From the NCBI GenBank assembly GCA_042408215.1, contig JAYFMW010000003.1, forward strand, positions 320,001 through 384,000: 64,000 nucleotides of DNA. The letters run 5' to 3'. This stretch comes from Microcoleus sp. GTDB lineage: Bacteria; Cyanobacteriota; Cyanobacteriia; Cyanobacteriales; Microcoleaceae. Shown here piece by piece: positions 41,744 through 51,546 of the stretch (positions are counted from its first letter, which is position 1; every line of letters starts with the position of its first letter). Below the pieces are notes generated by a model that had not been told where the DNA came from, made no database searches, and was given only the letters and a program-made list of their open reading frames with translations. The translations under genes and the position numbers were made by a program.

Positions 41744-42994
41744 ATGGTGACCGAGGTTTTGATGAATAGCATTTCACGGCTACAGGAAGCAGAACAGGGA
41801 CTCTTTCAGATTTTTTCTGGTATTGACGCGGCAGTCAAGCAAAATCTCCAACGAGTCCTCAAAGCTTTTCGCAGCCACCGGGTTGGAGTCCACCATTTTG
41901 CTGGGGTTTCGGGTTACGGCCACGATGATTTGGGTCGGGAGACTTTGGACGCGGTGTTTGCCGAAGTGGTTGGTGCAGAGGCGGCGGCTGTGCGGGTACA
42001 GTTTGTTTCGGGTACTCACGCGATCGCCTGTGCTCTTTTTGGCATCCTGCGTCCTGGTGACGAAATGTTGGCAGTGGCTGGTTCTCCCTACGATACTTTA
42101 GAAGAAGTGATCGGCTTGCGGGGGCAAGGTCAAGGTTCACTGATGGAATTTGGCATCCTTTACCGTGAGTTGGCTCTAACTCGCGAAGGGAGCGTGGATT
42201 GGCTGGCACTGAGCTCTACTATTTCTGCAAAAACTCGCCTGGTTTTGATCCAGCGCTCTTGCGGTTATTCTTGGCGGTCTAGTTTGTCTATTTCTGAGAT
42301 TAAAAAAATCGTCGCCATAGTCAAACATCAAAATCCTAACACAATTTGCTTTGTGGATAATTGTTACGGAGAATTTGTTGAGGATTGTGAACCTACTGCT
42401 GTGGGTGCGGATCTGATGGCTGGTTCTTTGATTAAAAATCCGGGGGGTACGATCGTCCCTGCTGGCGGTTACGTCGCCGGGAGGGCTGATTTGGTGGAAG
42501 CGGCAACTTGTCGCTTGACGGCCCCAGGAATAGGCAGCAGTGGCGGCGCGACTTTTGATTTGAATCGGTTGCTGTTTCAGGGTTTGTTTTTGGCGCCTGG
42601 GTTTGTGGGTGAGGCGATGAAGGGTAATCATTTGACTGCTTATGTTTTTTATAAGTTGGGTTATCGGGTGAATCCGACTCCTTTGGCGAAAAGACGAGAT
42701 GTGATTCAGGCGATCGAATTTGGTTGTCCTGATAAGTTGGTGGCTTTTTGTCGGGCTGTCCAGAAAAATTCGCCGGTGGGTTCCTATTTAGATCCGGTTC
42801 CTGGCCCGATGCACGGCTATGAAAGTCAGTTGGTGATGGCTGGGGGTACTTTTATTGATGGGAGTACGAGTGAGTTTTCGGCTGACGGGCCACTGCGGCC
42901 ACCCTATGTGGCTTTTTGTCAAGGGGGGACTCATTGGACTCATGTGTCGATCGCGCTTGAAGATGCGATCGATGCTGTGGGGCCGGCTAAGTAA
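41744..42994 (+). CDS. PLP-dependent YnbB/aluminium-resistance family protein
   Basis: GYGHDDLGRETLD, FVSGTHAI, PYDTLEEVIG, DNCYGEF, GSLIKNPGG. Confidence 0.9.
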   Translation: MVTEVLMNSISRLQEAEQGLFQIFSGIDAAVKQNLQRVLKAFRSHRVGVHHFAGVSGYGHDDLGRETLDAVFAEVVGAEAAAVRVQFVSGTHAIACALFGILRPGDEMLAVAGSPYDTLEEVIGLRGQGQGSLMEFGILYRELALTREGSVDWLALSSTISAKTRLVLIQRSCGYSWRSSLSISEIKKIVAIVKHQNPNTICFVDNCYGEFVEDCEPTAVGADLMAGSLIKNPGGTIVPAGGYVAGRADLVEAATCRLTAPGIGSSGGATFDLNRLLFQGLFLAPGFVGEAMKGNHLTAYVFYKLGYRVNPTPLAKRRDVIQAIEFGCPDKLVAFCRAVQKNSPVGSYLDPVPGPMHGYESQLVMAGGTFIDGSTSEFSADGPLRPPYVAFCQGGTHWTHVSIALEDAIDAVGPAK

Positions 42995-43147
42995 GTGGTA
43001 GGGGCCGTGCGGTACGGGGTTCCCTGGGTTTGCATGGTTCCAAATGGGGATTTTTTGACCGCAGATGTAGGCAGATTGACGCTGATGAACGCAGATTAGA
43101 AGATGTCTGCGTGGTCTGCTAAAATTAAGATCGCTGTATTTGCCAGT

Positions 43148-43780
43148 TTACTCGGCATTTTTGAGTGCTTCAATATCACTGTTCATAATCAAATTCACAT
43201 GGCGCGTAATCTTGTCAATTTCCCAATCCCACCACCGAATTTCTAATAATTGTGCAACTTCAGCATCGCTAAAACGCTGTTTGATTGAATGTGCGGGGTT
43301 TCCACCGACAATTGTGTAAGCGGGAATGTCTTTTACTACAACAGATTTGGCGGCAATAATCGCACCGTCTCCGATTTTGACTCCGGGCATAATCACGGAT
43401 TCATAGCCGAGCCAAACATCATTTCCAATGACGGTATCGCCTTTACTTGGCAGTTCTATTAATAAATTCATGGCTGTTTCCCAACCATTCCCAAAAACAG
43501 GAAAAGGATAAGTTGAAATCCCGTCTAGTTTGTGATTTGCACCGTTCATCATGAATTTGACGTTGGTGGCGATCGCACAAAACTTGCCAATTATTAATCG
43601 CTCGTTTCCGTAGTTATAAAGTACATTTTTCTCAAAGTTTTCTGGAGCTATTGGATCGTCGTAATATGAATAATCGCCGACGATAATCTTGGGGGATTTA
43701 ATCAAGTTTTTGATGAAGCAGACGCGCCGCTGGTCTGCCATCGGATAAGGTCGGTTTGGATCGGGCCCAATTTCTGTCAT
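43148..43780 (-). CDS. Vat/CatB-family hexapeptide O-acetyltransferase
   Basis: VGDYSYYDD, IIGKFCAIA, NGANH, STYPF, IGNDVWLG, WWDW. Confidence 0.9.
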   Translation of the reverse strand: MTEIGPDPNRPYPMADQRRVCFIKNLIKSPKIIVGDYSYYDDPIAPENFEKNVLYNYGNERLIIGKFCAIATNVKFMMNGANHKLDGISTYPFPVFGNGWETAMNLLIELPSKGDTVIGNDVWLGYESVIMPGVKIGDGAIIAAKSVVVKDIPAYTIVGGNPAHSIKQRFSDAEVAQLLEIRWWDWEIDKITRHVNLIMNSDIEALKNAE

Positions 43781-44127
43781 AATTTTCAATCCTTAAAGGT
43801 TCGTAGTCAGGACTAAAGTCCTGAGAACGAGTATGAATTTTCAGAATTTTTCCGGCATTTGGTGTGCGAATGAAAGTTTGATTTAGTTCGGTTTGCGCGC
43901 GCTTTACTTGGGCGATCGCACTTTTAATTTACGCTTCTGCTTCCATAACACATACTGGTAGAGTTTGTCAAGGGGTGGGTGAGAAATTTTTGGTCGATCG
44001 CACCGTGAGGCATTGAGAGTGCGATCGAACTCACAAAATTTCCAATTCTATCGAAATTCTGAAATCTTTTCATAAGTAATAGCAAAGATTTTATAATCAG
44101 AGTTCCAACAAAAGTCTGACAACAATT

Positions 44128-45210
44128 ATGGGAAAACAAAAGTGCATCGGCATCCTCACCAGCGGCGGTGACTGTGCAGGTTTAAATGCTGTGATTCGAG
44201 CCGTCGTTTACCGCGCAGTCGGAACTTACAATTGGAAGGTTTTGGGAATTCGTCAAGCCACCAAGGGCTTGATGAGCCGTCCCCCTCAAGCAATTCCTTT
44301 GGATATTGAGAAAGTAGACCCCTGGCTGACCATTGGCGGCACAATGTTAGGCACGACAAATGAGGGAAATCCTTTTGCTTTTCCGATGTCTGACGGGACA
44401 TTGCGCGATCGTTCTGATGAAATTATTGAAGGCTACCATCAATTAGGTATTGATGCCTTAATTGGCGTTGGCGGTGACGGCAGTCTCGCCATTCTCAGGA
44501 AGCTTGCTAAACAAGGCAATTTAAACTTAGTTGCTATTCCTAAAACTATTGATAATGATGTTGGAATTACCGAGCGTTCCATCGGCTTTGACACTGCTGT
44601 CAATATTGCCACAGAAGCACTAGATCGCCTGCATTTTACCGCCGCAAGTCACAGCCGCGTCATGATTCTTGAAGTCATGGGGCGCGATGCCGGACATATT
44701 GCGATTAGTGCCGGAATTGCTGGGGGAGCTGATATAATTCTGATTCCAGAAATTCCTTACAAAATTTCCCAAATCTGCCAAAAAATCCGAGAACGTCAAG
44801 AACAGGGGAAAAACTACTGTTTAATTGTAGTAGCGGAGGCAGTTCGCACTGAAGAAGGCGAATTATTGATGCACACAAATCGATTAGGTCAAAGTCGGTT
44901 GGGTGGAATCGGTCAGTATTTAGCTGATACAATTTCTGACTGTAGCGGTGCAGAAACGCGGGTTACTGTTTTGGGACACGTTCAGCGTGGGGGTACACCT
45001 TCGCCGCTAGAAAGATTGATTGCTTCGGCTTTTGGCATAGCCGCTGTAGATTTAATTGCTGAGGAGAAATACGATCGCATGGTAACTTGGCAGCAGCGGG
45101 GAGTGATGAGCGTTCCTTTGGAAGATGCGATCGCCAAATACAGAGCTGTGGAACCCGATTCTACTCTGGTGAAAACAGCTCGCGGTTTGGGAATTTGCCT
45201 GGGAGACTAG
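44128..45210 (+). CDS. pfkA: 6-phosphofructokinase
   Basis: LTSGGDCAGLNAVIR, GGDGS, PKTIDND, EVMGRDAG, LGHVQRGG. Confidence 0.95.
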   Translation: MGKQKCIGILTSGGDCAGLNAVIRAVVYRAVGTYNWKVLGIRQATKGLMSRPPQAIPLDIEKVDPWLTIGGTMLGTTNEGNPFAFPMSDGTLRDRSDEIIEGYHQLGIDALIGVGGDGSLAILRKLAKQGNLNLVAIPKTIDNDVGITERSIGFDTAVNIATEALDRLHFTAASHSRVMILEVMGRDAGHIAISAGIAGGADIILIPEIPYKISQICQKIRERQEQGKNYCLIVVAEAVRTEEGELLMHTNRLGQSRLGGIGQYLADTISDCSGAETRVTVLGHVQRGGTPSPLERLIASAFGIAAVDLIAEEKYDRMVTWQQRGVMSVPLEDAIAKYRAVEPDSTLVKTARGLGICLGD

Positions 45211-45331
45211 AAAATTTAGGACTTACACAAGGGAGCAATTTTTACTCTATCTGTAGGTGTGTACTGCACACCTTACTACTACAGATAGAGCCATCGCATT
45301 CAAGAATTCCTCTGAAAAATAGGGAGAATTT

Positions 45332-45793
45332 ATGAGAGTACGAATCTACGAAATCGGTGATCCCGAAGAAATTGTGCAACTGTTTTACGACACCGTACAC
45401 GAAGTAAATATTCGGGATTACACAAAAGCACAAGTAGATGCTTGGGCACCCAAAGATATTGATATCGCAAGTTGGACTAAAAGTTTAAGCAGTAAATTTA
45501 CTTTCGTAGCAGAAGAATCTGACAAAATTTTAGGTTTTGGGGAATTAGAAACAAGCGGCCATATCGATTGCTTTTACTGTCATAAAGATTTTCAAAGACA
45601 AGGAGTCGGCAGGCACATTTTAGCACAAATTGATGCAAAAGCCCGATATTTAGGAATTCAAAAGTTATTTACAGAAGCCAGTATTACAGCTAAAGCTTTT
45701 TTTGAAAGCCAGGGATTTATTGTAGTTAAACAGCAAGAAGTAGAACGGAGAGGACAAAAAATTATCAACTTTGCAATGGAAAAACTTATATAG
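45332..45793 (+). CDS. GNAT acetyltransferase (YafP-like)
   Basis: DYTKAQVDAWAP, QRQGVG, EASITAKAFFESQGF. Confidence 0.9.
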   Translation: MRVRIYEIGDPEEIVQLFYDTVHEVNIRDYTKAQVDAWAPKDIDIASWTKSLSSKFTFVAEESDKILGFGELETSGHIDCFYCHKDFQRQGVGRHILAQIDAKARYLGIQKLFTEASITAKAFFESQGFIVVKQQEVERRGQKIINFAMEKLI

Positions 45794-45897
45794 GACTTAC
45801 GCATAAATACCAAAGAAACCGGGTTTTTGGCCGTTTCTGCGGATGTAACGCGTCTTTTCAGAAAAAACCCGGTTTCTGACCACCCATGCGTAAGTCC
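45793..45897. mobile_element. 105-bp MITE (family B) flanked by TA
   Basis: GGACTTACGCA...TGCGTAAGTCC terminal inverted repeats, TA on both sides, internal GAAACCGGGTTT...AAACCCGGTTTC. Decayed relatives lie at ~9602, ~22971 and ~55953. Confidence 0.75.
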
Positions 45898-45971
45898 TAT
45901 TATATAAAAAGCGTTGGCATGAAGCTAAGATGTAAAATTAAATCAAAGAGTTTTGCAGAGGAGTTGCGATC

Positions 45972-46340
45972 GTGACAGAGGCTACAAATGTTCTGGGCGG
46001 AAAATTAGAGACTTGCTGCACTTCGCCAATGACGGGCTATTATCGAGACGGCAAATGCAATACAGGTGGCGGTGACTTCGGGGCTCACACCGTTTGTGTT
46101 CAACTGACGGCAGAGTTTTTGCAATTCACCAAAAGGAGGGGAAATGATTTGAGCACTCCTGTTCCCGAATTTCAATTCCCCGGTTTGAAGCCTGGGGGTT
46201 GCTGGTGTTTGTGCGCTTCGAGGTGGAAAGAAGCTATGGATGCGGGAGTTGCGCCGCCTGTGGTTTTGGCCGCGACTCATGTCTTAACTTTGGAATACGT
46301 TTCTTTGGCTGAATTGAAGCAGCACGCTGCTGATTTGTAG
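45972..46340 (+). CDS. DUF2237 family protein
   Basis: NVLGGKLETCC, TGYYRDGKC, GNDLSTP, WCLCASRW. Confidence 0.9.
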   Translation: MTEATNVLGGKLETCCTSPMTGYYRDGKCNTGGGDFGAHTVCVQLTAEFLQFTKRRGNDLSTPVPEFQFPGLKPGGCWCLCASRWKEAMDAGVAPPVVLAATHVLTLEYVSLAELKQHAADL

Positions 46341-46441
46341 GGAGGAATGTGCGATCGCTTTTAGTCAATAAGGGCGATCGGGTTTTAAAGGCGAGCTCGC
46401 GACTGAAATGTTTAAGTGCGATCGGGTGTCATTCTCAAGTT

Positions 46442-47923
46442 TTATGGTTGAGTTGGTGGTTCCCACTTACAGATAGACTTTGGCTGGAGAGGACAAGTTT
46501 TGGGGGCGATCGGATTTCCGCTGAGGCGGAGCTCTGTCAGGTTAGTCAAAGATTGCAAGGGTTTGATATCGCTGATTTGATTTTTTTCGAGCCAGAGCTC
46601 TGTCAGGTTAGTCAAAGATTGCAAGGGTTTGATATCGCTGATTTTATTGTTGCTGAGGCGGAGCTCTGTCAGGTTAGTCAAAGATTGCAAGGGTTTAATG
46701 TCGCTGATTTGATTGTTGTTGAGGTAGAGCTCTGTCAGTTTAGTCAAGGATTGCAAGGGTTTGATATCGCTGATCGGATTTCCGCTGAGGCTGAGCCAAG
46801 TCAGTTTAGTCAAAGATTGCAAGGGTTTGATATCGCTGATTTTATTGTTTCTGAGGCTGAGCCCAGTCAGGTTAGTCAAAGATTGCAAGGGTTTGATATC
46901 GCTGATTTGATTGTTGTCGAGGACGAGCTCTGTCAGGTTAGTCAAAGATTGCAAGGGTTTGATATCGCTGATTTGATTGTTGTCGAGGCGGAGCTCTGTC
47001 AGGTTAGTCAAAGATTGCAAGGGTTTGATGTCGCTGATTTTATTGTCGTGGAGGCTGAGCAAAGTCAGATTAGTCAAAGATTGCAAGGGTTTGATGTCCC
47101 TAATTTGATTGTTGTCGAGGCCGAGCCCAGTCAGTTTAGTCAAGGATTGCAAGGGTTTAATGTCGCTGATTTTATTGTCCCAGAGGAAGAGCACAGTCAG
47201 ATCAGTCAAGGATTGCAAGGGTTTGATGTCGCTGATTTGATTGTTGCTGAGGAAGAGCACAGTCAGATCAGTCAAGGATTGCAAGGGTTTGATATCGCTG
47301 ATTTTATTGTCCCAGAGGTCGATCACAGTCAGGTTGGTCAAAGATTGCAAGGGTTTGATGTCGCTGATGTTATTGTTGCGGAGGTCGAGCTCATACAGGT
47401 TAGTCAAGGATTGCAAGGGTTTGATGTCGCTGATTTTATTGTTGCTGAGGAAGAGCTGAATCAGGTTGGTCAAAGATTGCAAGGGTTTGATGTCGCTGAT
47501 GTTATTGTTGCTGAGGTCGAGCCAAGTCAGTTTAGTCAAAGATTGCAAGGGTTTGATGTCGCTGATTTTATTGTTGCTGAGGCGGAGCTCTGTCAGTTTA
47601 GTCAAGGATTGCAAGGGTTTGATGTCGCTGATTTTATCGTTGTAGAAGTTAAGTTCCCTGAGACTCGAAAGTTTCCGATTGGCTGCATCGCATTCAGTAG
47701 TCTCAGCTTTCTGCAACAGCACCTCAACAGTATGTTTAGCTTCAGGAGTCAAAGAATCCCTCATGCGACACCAATCAGCAAATGTTCGTCCACTGTTTCC
47801 CGATCGCTTCTCTGCGACTAACGGGGAAAATCCATTTCCACATGATGCTAGGACGATCGCACTAAAAGCAACTACTATCAACCTTTGTAAATTTATATGT
47901 TTGTCTGCAACTATAAGTGTCAT
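46442..47923 (-). CDS. Internalin-like LRR lipoprotein with 18 repeats of 22 aa
   Basis: Lipobox LASC; cap FADWC...ECDAA; repeats LTxLxxLxLxxNxISDIKPLQS; C-terminal cap NPIAPKTCP...C. Confidence 0.93.
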   Translation of the reverse strand: MTLIVADKHINLQRLIVVAFSAIVLASCGNGFSPLVAEKRSGNSGRTFADWCRMRDSLTPEAKHTVEVLLQKAETTECDAANRKLSSLRELNFYNDKISDIKPLQSLTKLTELRLSNNKISDIKPLQSLTKLTWLDLSNNNISDIKPLQSLTNLIQLFLSNNKISDIKPLQSLTNLYELDLRNNNISDIKPLQSLTNLTVIDLWDNKISDIKPLQSLTDLTVLFLSNNQISDIKPLQSLTDLTVLFLWDNKISDIKPLQSLTKLTGLGLDNNQIRDIKPLQSLTNLTLLSLHDNKISDIKPLQSLTNLTELRLDNNQISDIKPLQSLTNLTELVLDNNQISDIKPLQSLTNLTGLSLRNNKISDIKPLQSLTKLTWLSLSGNPISDIKPLQSLTKLTELYLNNNQISDIKPLQSLTNLTELRLSNNKISDIKPLQSLTNLTELWLEKNQISDIKPLQSLTNLTELRLSGNPIAPKTCPLQPKSICKWEPPTQP

Positions 47924-48069
47924 AATCCTGTACCTCTAATTTTCTGATACATGAAAAGCGGAAAACTGCCCAACACATTTATATCTGATTATACTAATTC
48001 CTAGAGTGCTTCAGTTTGCGTTATCTGATCTGCGAAGCGAGGATATTTCTACTGACGCACCCTACTCAA

Positions 48070-49089
48070 CTAATTAATATCAACTCCCACCAAATCTGCC
48101 ACAACTTTCTCCAATCCAGCTATCACCTTCGCCGTCCGTTCCCAATCAACCTTATCCGGCGTATCCTCAGAAGTATGATAAAAAGGATAACGATAAGGAG
48201 CCGTATCAGTCACCATCAAACCCGGATAACCATGCTGCCAAAAAGCCCATTGATCTGACCAACCAACACCGGGAATCACACCAGGAATTGCTGCACCTTC
48301 CGAGGGAAATTGAGCATGGCCGCGGAAAGATGCGATCGCATCCCTCACCAGTTTACTTGAGCCAGTATTACCAATAAATCCGATAAAATTCCCAGAAGTA
48401 GGATAAAGTAGACTTAAGGGCGCTGGATATTTCTGACTATCCTTAACATCTGAATAATAACCAATTGTTTCTAAACTCAACATCCCCACAATCTTTTCAT
48501 TACGTTCTCTGCATCTTTTCGCATAAACCAAACTCCCCATATCCGCAGTCCAGAAAAAAGGCGGTTCTTCATTGACAAACTCAACAAAACGCAGTGTCCT
48601 GTTAGGCTTTTTATCCGCAAACATTCTCGCTAAAGCCAACACTCCCACCGCCCCAGTTCCATTATCATTGGCCCCTGGACTACCTACCACCGAGTCATAA
48701 TGTCCGCCAATTACCACAATTTCATCCGCATTTTTACCACCGGGAATTTCCACCTCAATGTTATAATAAAATCTATCATCAACTTTGTATCCTTGTCGTT
48801 CAACTTGATAGCCAGCAGCCTGAAATGAAGTTTCCAAAAAATCAGCAGTTGCGGCAAGTTTCTGATATTGAATAAAATTGCGTTCTCCAATTTCACCAGC
48901 TAACTTTTCCCCATCGCGGCGTAAAGCATCACGCATCACAATTTCCTGTGGCGTTAAAGGAGGAATTGTCCCGCTATAGCTTTTTCCAGGCATTGCAATC
49001 ATAGTCAAATATCCCACACAAAGCAGAATAATTAGGACAATACTCAGGATAGAAAGTCTAATTAATGCAGCGCGATCCCATAATTTCAT
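48070..49089 (-). CDS. M28 family peptidase
   Basis: GGHYDS, PGANDNGTG, NEEPP, SDQW, YHTSEDT. Confidence 0.9.
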   Translation of the reverse strand: MKLWDRAALIRLSILSIVLIILLCVGYLTMIAMPGKSYSGTIPPLTPQEIVMRDALRRDGEKLAGEIGERNFIQYQKLAATADFLETSFQAAGYQVERQGYKVDDRFYYNIEVEIPGGKNADEIVVIGGHYDSVVGSPGANDNGTGAVGVLALARMFADKKPNRTLRFVEFVNEEPPFFWTADMGSLVYAKRCRERNEKIVGMLSLETIGYYSDVKDSQKYPAPLSLLYPTSGNFIGFIGNTGSSKLVRDAIASFRGHAQFPSEGAAIPGVIPGVGWSDQWAFWQHGYPGLMVTDTAPYRYPFYHTSEDTPDKVDWERTAKVIAGLEKVVADLVGVDIN

Positions 49090-49335
49090 TTTTATTTGTC
49101 GCATCAGTTTTCTATTGTGAGTTATGCTTTAATTAGACAAGACTTACACACTCAATGGCCGTGTTGCAAGGGTTTGAGATTATTCGCAACACTTGCGAAT
49201 GACAGAATTACGTTAGCACCCTACATTATACCAAATCCGGCTCTAGACCCCCTGATCTTTCTCCTCTTCTTTGTGTCCTTCGCGTCTTCGCGGTCGATCA
49301 AAAAAAGGGGGTTAGGTCAGCGGATTTGGTATTAC

Positions 49336-50538
49336 TTAAGATTCTGGCAACTTATACTGTCCCACAATCCGCTTAGCAAATTCCGGTACATGATCCTCCA
49401 ATTTCTCCGGGTAATTCCGCTTCACGTACAGATAATTGCGAGTGAAATGAGAATCAATCGAAAACCGAGCATATTCCAAACCCTTCGGCCCAATTCTCTC
49501 AATAAAAACTCCCATTAACTTCGCCGCCCACATCGGCAAAGTTACTCCCTTTTCATAAGCCGGAATACTCTGCTGAACCGCCGGCATCCTATTACCTTGA
49601 GACATCACCGGCTGAGTATTTAACTGCTCCATTACTAAGTCTAACATCTCTTGTCCCGTATCATTTCGCACCACAATCCACTGCCAGCCAAAAGGTGCGC
49701 CCATGTAGCCCACAACTAAATCTGCCAAGGAATTAACATAATCAAAACAACTCAAACAAGAAGGAGCAAAAACATCTTTCAATTCCTTAGTATTCAATCC
49801 AAAAAACGGCACTTTTTCCACCGAACCATCTTCATGTTTGAAGTGAACGTTAAAGTCTTGCATAAACTCGTAAGACAGAACTGTTTCGGGAGAACGGCTA
49901 GTGGTGTCTAGGAATTTCTGCAAGCCCGCGCGGCTGACATTATCGACGCAGGGAGTTCCCAAAACGTAGAGCTTTTCTAAACCGAGTTTTTTCTCGACTG
50001 TTCGCAAGGCTTGAATTTGACAGCCGACACCAATTACTAACAGCCGCTTCATCCCCGATTTTTCGATTTGTTCCAATACTGAAAGGTTGGGAGAGAGAGT
50101 TGGTTTGTTGACTTTTGCTGCGAGAATCTCTTCGCGAGTTGTCGCAATAATCGGCATCGGTTGAAAGCGGTCTTCTTTGGTAGTTTGGACGCAAACAACG
50201 CCTTCTACAATGCCTTTTTCGAGCATTTCAATGGCAATTGTGCTGACGATTCCCGTCCACTGAGCGCCCTCGATCGGCTCTTTTTTCCGGGCGGCCATCA
50301 TGTTTTGACTGACTCCGAAATACCAATCGTCGGGATTGTCGAGATTTCGCGATCGCCCGTGAATCTCTGCTTCCAGTTCCGCGATGTGCTGTGTTAAGAA
50401 AGCACAAGATTCCTTGACATAGTGGATGTAATATGTATCGCATAAACCGCACTCGCTACAAAGTTCTTTAGCGGGGCGGCGGCTACCCGGTTTGAGGGCT
50501 TTGGATTTTTGGTGCTTAGCAGAATCTGTTGCGGTCAT
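49336..50538 (-). CDS. bciB: FrhB-like ferredoxin-dependent 8-vinyl (divinyl chlorophyllide) reductase
   Basis: LCSECGLCDT, GAQWTGIVS, GVGCQIQALR, GTPCVDN, SCLSCFDYVNSLADLVVGYMG. Confidence 0.85.
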   Translation of the reverse strand: MTATDSAKHQKSKALKPGSRRPAKELCSECGLCDTYYIHYVKESCAFLTQHIAELEAEIHGRSRNLDNPDDWYFGVSQNMMAARKKEPIEGAQWTGIVSTIAIEMLEKGIVEGVVCVQTTKEDRFQPMPIIATTREEILAAKVNKPTLSPNLSVLEQIEKSGMKRLLVIGVGCQIQALRTVEKKLGLEKLYVLGTPCVDNVSRAGLQKFLDTTSRSPETVLSYEFMQDFNVHFKHEDGSVEKVPFFGLNTKELKDVFAPSCLSCFDYVNSLADLVVGYMGAPFGWQWIVVRNDTGQEMLDLVMEQLNTQPVMSQGNRMPAVQQSIPAYEKGVTLPMWAAKLMGVFIERIGPKGLEYARFSIDSHFTRNYLYVKRNYPEKLEDHVPEFAKRIVGQYKLPES

Positions 50539-50766
50539 CTAAATTACTTATTTTTATGGAGATATGGCTTGTACGAGAATATCACACCAATTTGGGTTAA
50601 TTTATTTCTTTATTCTTTTTTTCAGTCCGCTTGGAGTGGACTTCGTTTGTATAGCAGCGAATTCCATTCGCCCGGAATTCGTGGATCAAACATGAGGATT
50701 TATCCTGAAATAGGGGGCGATCGCAGGAATTATTCGACAAATAAAGCTCTGGGATAAATCGTAAAA

Positions 50767-51318
50767 ATGTTTGTAAAAACAGCCCTCGCGGGCATCATTT
50801 GCAATCTCGCAATTTCCGGCTTAGGATTTGCTGTTTTAATTCGTCCTATTCCTGTTATGAATCCAACTCTTGCTACTCTAGAAACAATGCTGACAGCTAC
50901 ACAAAACCCGATCGCCCTTAACTATTCGCGGATGGGAATTGGTGGCGTTCGGTTAGGGATGTCTGTAGAAGCAGCAAAACGCCAATTGGGAAAACCGCAA
51001 CGCGACGAAACTAAACCGGCTGGGCCTGCAATTGGCGGCAAGATTCGCACGCTAACTTACCAAGGTTTGACAGTGGCAGCATGGGAGGGAAAAGTTTATT
51101 CGATTTCCACTGACAATCCCAAGTTTACTACAATTGATGGTGTCAAGGTAGGAGATAGTAAGCAAAAAGTCATTAAAACTTACGGTTCTGGGTCGCCATC
51201 TGTTGAGGGTAACGTGACTCGGTTGATTTACAGCAATGACCAAAAGGCTTCTAATTTGATTTTTGAACTCCGGGGCGATCGCTTGCAAAAAATCATTTGC
51301 GGTACGCAGCTAAACTGA
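50767..51318 (+). CDS. Hypothetical exported protein
   Basis: Hydrophobic N-terminus; GVRLGMS...LGKP and GVKVGDS...YG repeated motif. Confidence 0.7.
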   Translation: MFVKTALAGIICNLAISGLGFAVLIRPIPVMNPTLATLETMLTATQNPIALNYSRMGIGGVRLGMSVEAAKRQLGKPQRDETKPAGPAIGGKIRTLTYQGLTVAAWEGKVYSISTDNPKFTTIDGVKVGDSKQKVIKTYGSGSPSVEGNVTRLIYSNDQKASNLIFELRGDRLQKIICGTQLN

Positions 51319-51546
51319 AATGTGTTACACCAGATTGCAAACATCCAGTTTGCAGGCTTCATTCCTCTTCGTCATCAACAGCCAACTTTTCCATTTCCTC
51401 AGCAATTAGCGTCTGAAATTCCTCTCCGCAGTGAACGTTCAGTTGAATTGCAGCAATGATGAACTCTGCTAGAATTTCAGCTTTTTGTCGATCGCTCAAA
51501 TCAGGTAACTGAAGCTGATGGGTTAAAGTAATCACATTTTGAGACT

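Noticed and set aside
43148..43780. Acquired streptogramin resistance gene
   Set aside because: It is a Vat/CatB-like family member with no mobile context, and the substrate cannot be inferred from sequence.
46349..47821. 490-aa plus-strand ORF
   Set aside because: It is the antisense shadow of the LRR gene and stays open because the repeated unit has no stop in that frame.
46442..47923. Calling a complete diversity-generating retroelement
   Set aside because: No RT, Avd or template repeat is in the window, and several codons (TGG, AGA, GAA) break the NNC rule. It is kept only as a hypothesis.
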